A stretch of DNA of 64,000 nucleotides, taken from the NCBI RefSeq assembly GCF_963921235.1, contig NC_086097.1:176268001-176332000 (forward strand), written 5' to 3'. This document shows positions 60,915 to 64,000 of this stretch, piece after piece. The translations under genes were made by a program, and so were the position numbers. Numbering within the stretch: position 1 is the first letter of the stretch; each line of letters begins with the position of its first letter. The notes beneath the pieces were generated by a model. It did no database searches and was not told where the DNA came from. It saw nothing but the letters and a program-made list of their open reading frames with translations. The DNA comes from Mobula hypostoma (taxonomy: Eukaryota).

Positions 60915-62800
60915 GTAACTTGTACCAGTATTCAACAATAGAGTTGTTTATCTTTCACACCTATGTCTTGGAATTGCTTCATTATTGACAGCGGAATCCT
61001 AAACTCTAGAAAACTAACTGATCTGGATTAAAAAGAAGTATTGTAGCTCATGCAATCTCAGATCTAATTTTCTGTGAGTTTGAGCACATCAGGTTTTGAT
61101 ATGGAAAAGGAAAGCAGATTAGGTTGGAATTTTTTTTGTGAGGTCGGCTAGCCTGGGTGTGGAGGTCTGTTAAATGAGTGGGAGGGTGAGTGGCTTATTT
61201 TGCTGTTGTGTTGTTCCACTGAACATTGTGAGCAGGCTACGTAGGTACCAGAATATATGATGGCATTTGTGGGCTGCGCCCAGCACATCCTTGAGTTGTG
61301 TTGGTTGTTCATGGAAATGACACATTTCTTTGTGTTTCCATGTACGTATGATAAATAAATCAATCTCAATCTAAGCATTTTTGAAAGTAAACTTGAGCCA
61401 AAATGAAAAATCTTGCTTAATTCCATCCTCTGGGCACATTCTAAGGAAGACTGGGTATGCCTGTTTCAGTTAATAAAGAATATCTGATCAGAGGTGATCT
61501 CAAAGGCACTCAAAAGTGTTTGGGATGAGTATGGCTATCTTAATTCATCCCTCCAGATCAGACATTGGTTCCTGTTCATTTTTTTTGTCTGTACTGCCAA
61601 CTTTTTAAATCACTAGAGAACTTGGAGAATTATTTTTATTTTTAGTTAATCATACCCCTATCCTTCTGAAACTGTTAAACAAAGTTCTGATTGTTTGTTT
61701 GTACGAGTGTGATTTTTGGCAGTGGCTGAAGACAGGAAACCCACCTGCATGTACTGTATGTAGGTACTGGAAATGTATCCATTTTTCTCCCTGAGTGGTG
61801 GGATCTGGGCAAGTTAATGGGAATGTGAGGAGAATGAAATAAGATTGATTTAGGTGTGGTGTGTGTGGTTAATGATCAGTAAGACTTCGTGGATGGGTGG
61901 GCCTGTTTTTTTTTTAATCTGTGTGACTCTGGATCACACTGAGTAAGAGGGAACGTAAAGAAACCACTGGGCACTTTTGTTTCTTAAGGCCAATATTTAT
62001 ACAATAATTAGTACCACAAAAGTAGATAACCAGATCATTATCTTTGTGGGAATTGCTTATTCATAATGTTTACACACTTAATAGCATAATTCCCCACATA
62101 CCTCATTGACTTACAAAGTTCTTTGGGTGTCATGAAAGGGATTGTAAGGGCACTTTAACAATATAAGCTTTTTGTACTAACACCAGCATTTTTGTATCAA
62201 ATTAATTGAGAAAAATGTTTTATGAATAAACAGTTTAATGTTGGACAGGTATCCTTTTTCTTGGAAGTCCCAACCTCTAATTTCAAGATCAGGTTCAAGT
62301 TTTTATTGTCATAGGCACAGAATATAAATGCCATGATGGTTATTTTTTTTTGCAGCAACAGCACAGAGGGCAAATCAGTAAACATAAAGTTAACATTTGA
62401 AGACTTTTTTTATTCAGTACTAAATAAATAAAACATATTTAAAATTAAGCCTATTTAATGGTTTCCTAGCATTTGATTAAGATACCAGACCAGCACAGAT
62501 GTTGTAAATCCTGATCAAGAGATGGAAGTTCAAATCTTGCTATGGCATTTTGGGGAAGTTAAATTCAAGAAATTAAGTAAATCTGGAATAAGAAAAAACA
62601 CATCTTGTTTGGCATGGTCAATATAGAACGTAAAGAATATTAATTATTCAATTAACTATTTAAATTAAACTAAATCCTTCTGCCAACATAATTTCAATTT
62701 CCATATCTGCACATTTATCTTAAACCCCTCTGTCATATCGTTCTCCACCATCATCCTTCGCAGCACATTCCAGTCACCTACCACTTTGTGTGTGTATATA

Positions 62801-63610
62801 CAGTGGATTCTGGTTAATTGAGCCATTGGTTAATCGAGTCAGCCACTTATTTGGGATAACTCTTAAAAGAACAAAAGCAAATTGAGAAAATCACTGGGAT
62901 TCCCTTTGTTTATTTGGGAGACTATGCCACTTAATTGGGGCAGGAGACTGTTGCTGAAGTTTCTAATTAATGTCTGTTGCATGCATTTGTGTAGCTGTTA
63001 AACACTACACAATGCTTGGAGCGAAACATTTTTAAATAATGTCAGTGCGTGTTTGTGTTCAAAAAGCATTGATTTTTGTCACTCTTAGCTGGCAAGAAGT
63101 GAGCAGCAAGACAAATTGGAACTGTTTTGCTCACTGCAGTTTCCAGCTTTCAGGCTTGGAGATGCCCAAATGGCCAGGAGTCAAAATGAAACAATTTCAC
63201 TACTTTAACAAATTAGGAACTATGAAAAATTTGAAGGTATCGGTAACCTTCAAGCAACCATCTTAAATGCTACAATGAAAATGAAGGTTTAGAGGATGAA
63301 GTTGTGGGAAGGTAGTCCATTATATGCATGAGGTGTCTCTGCTCATTTTGTTCCTTTCCAGTCAATGAAAAGAACATGGCAATGTACACTGATTTCCTCC
63401 GATAACTATGAGGAACTACAGTTTTATACTACTGTAGTAGTATTGTTAGTGTTCTAATTTGTTCTGTTTCATTTAAATACTTAATTTGTTACTCATGTAA
63501 ACAGTAGTTTGTCTTTATGTATTTCCATGAAACTTCAGGTAATTGCGGCAGCTGCTTAATTGGGCCAATATATACTGGTCCAATGTGTCCCAATTAGCCA
63601 AAATCCATTG
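62801..63610 (+). mobile_element. Tigger/pogo-like (Tc1/mariner) non-autonomous DNA transposon inserted in a minus-strand CR1 fragment (~62620-63830)
   Basis: TIRs cagtggattctggttaattg / caattagccaaaatccattg (17/20), TA TSD, transposase remnant W.EVSSKT..NCFAH. Confidence 0.8.
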
Positions 63611-63899
63611 TATAAAAATACTTGTCTTGCATATCTTCTTTGAACTCATCACCTCTCACCTTAAATTCATTCTCCTCTAATATTAACATTTCAGTCCGAG
63701 GAAGTGGATACTGGCTGTCAAATGTAACTACACCTATCATAATCTTATAAGCTTCTATTGGGTCTCAACTCATCCTCTGCCATTCTAGAGAAAATAGCCC
63801 AAGTTTGTCCATCCTCTCCTTGTAACACAGTTTGGCACAGTATCAGTATTTTTGTAAGTGTTCAGTTTTACTGACCAGCTCATTTATCTATGTATCTAG

Positions 63900-64000
63900 T
63901 GGATCTGGATAATTGCCAACATGAAACTTTGCTGATCGGCACCAATGATCCTGATGTCAGTGTGGAGTTTGATGGCTCTTTGTATGCTGTTCGTGACTTC
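63900..64000 (+). CDS. Cadherin gene (desmocollin-like) exon 3 (partial), (V)DLDNCQHETLLIGTNDPDVSVEFDGSLYAVRDF
   Basis: Acceptor tatctag|, phase 1 completes a GTG codon with exon 2; V.L..C...DPD..V..DGS.Y prodomain motif; open to the window end. Confidence 0.85.

Noticed and set aside
1..64000. CRISPR arrays, rRNA, prokaryotic operons or endogenous viral (env, capsid) genes
   Set aside because: No regularly spaced repeat-spacer arrays or such homologies seen; all long ORFs are explained by retrotransposons

Overview
Eukaryotic (vertebrate) genomic DNA, most likely a cartilaginous fish (ray/shark), inferred from HER1-like CR1 tails (TTCTATGT)n and the CR1/Rex1/Penelope/L1 mix. About 54 kb is a dense, deeply nested retrotransposon graveyard. 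A Tf1/sushi-type chromoviral Gypsy element (4210-27792) shows a self-priming PBS and is stuffed with a SINE, a Rex1/Babar LINE, a non-autonomous element and four L1s. Many CR1, Rex1/Babar and Penelope (GIY-YIG) copies are also present, plus a solo LTR, a second (Mag/K02A2.6-like) Gypsy remnant and a Tigger/pogo-like DNA element. Penelope tails carry minimal hammerhead ribozyme motifs, including two ~90-nt TSD-flanked insertions that are almost only the ribozyme plus tail. The only host gene I can support starts at ~54.9-55.1 kb on the + strand and is invisible in the ORF track: three small exons (55060-55110, 60821-60914, 63900->64000) splice in frame into a signal peptide plus cadherin prodomain, most similar to desmocollins. 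I found no clearly new multi-gene system. All alignments and family calls were done by eye.
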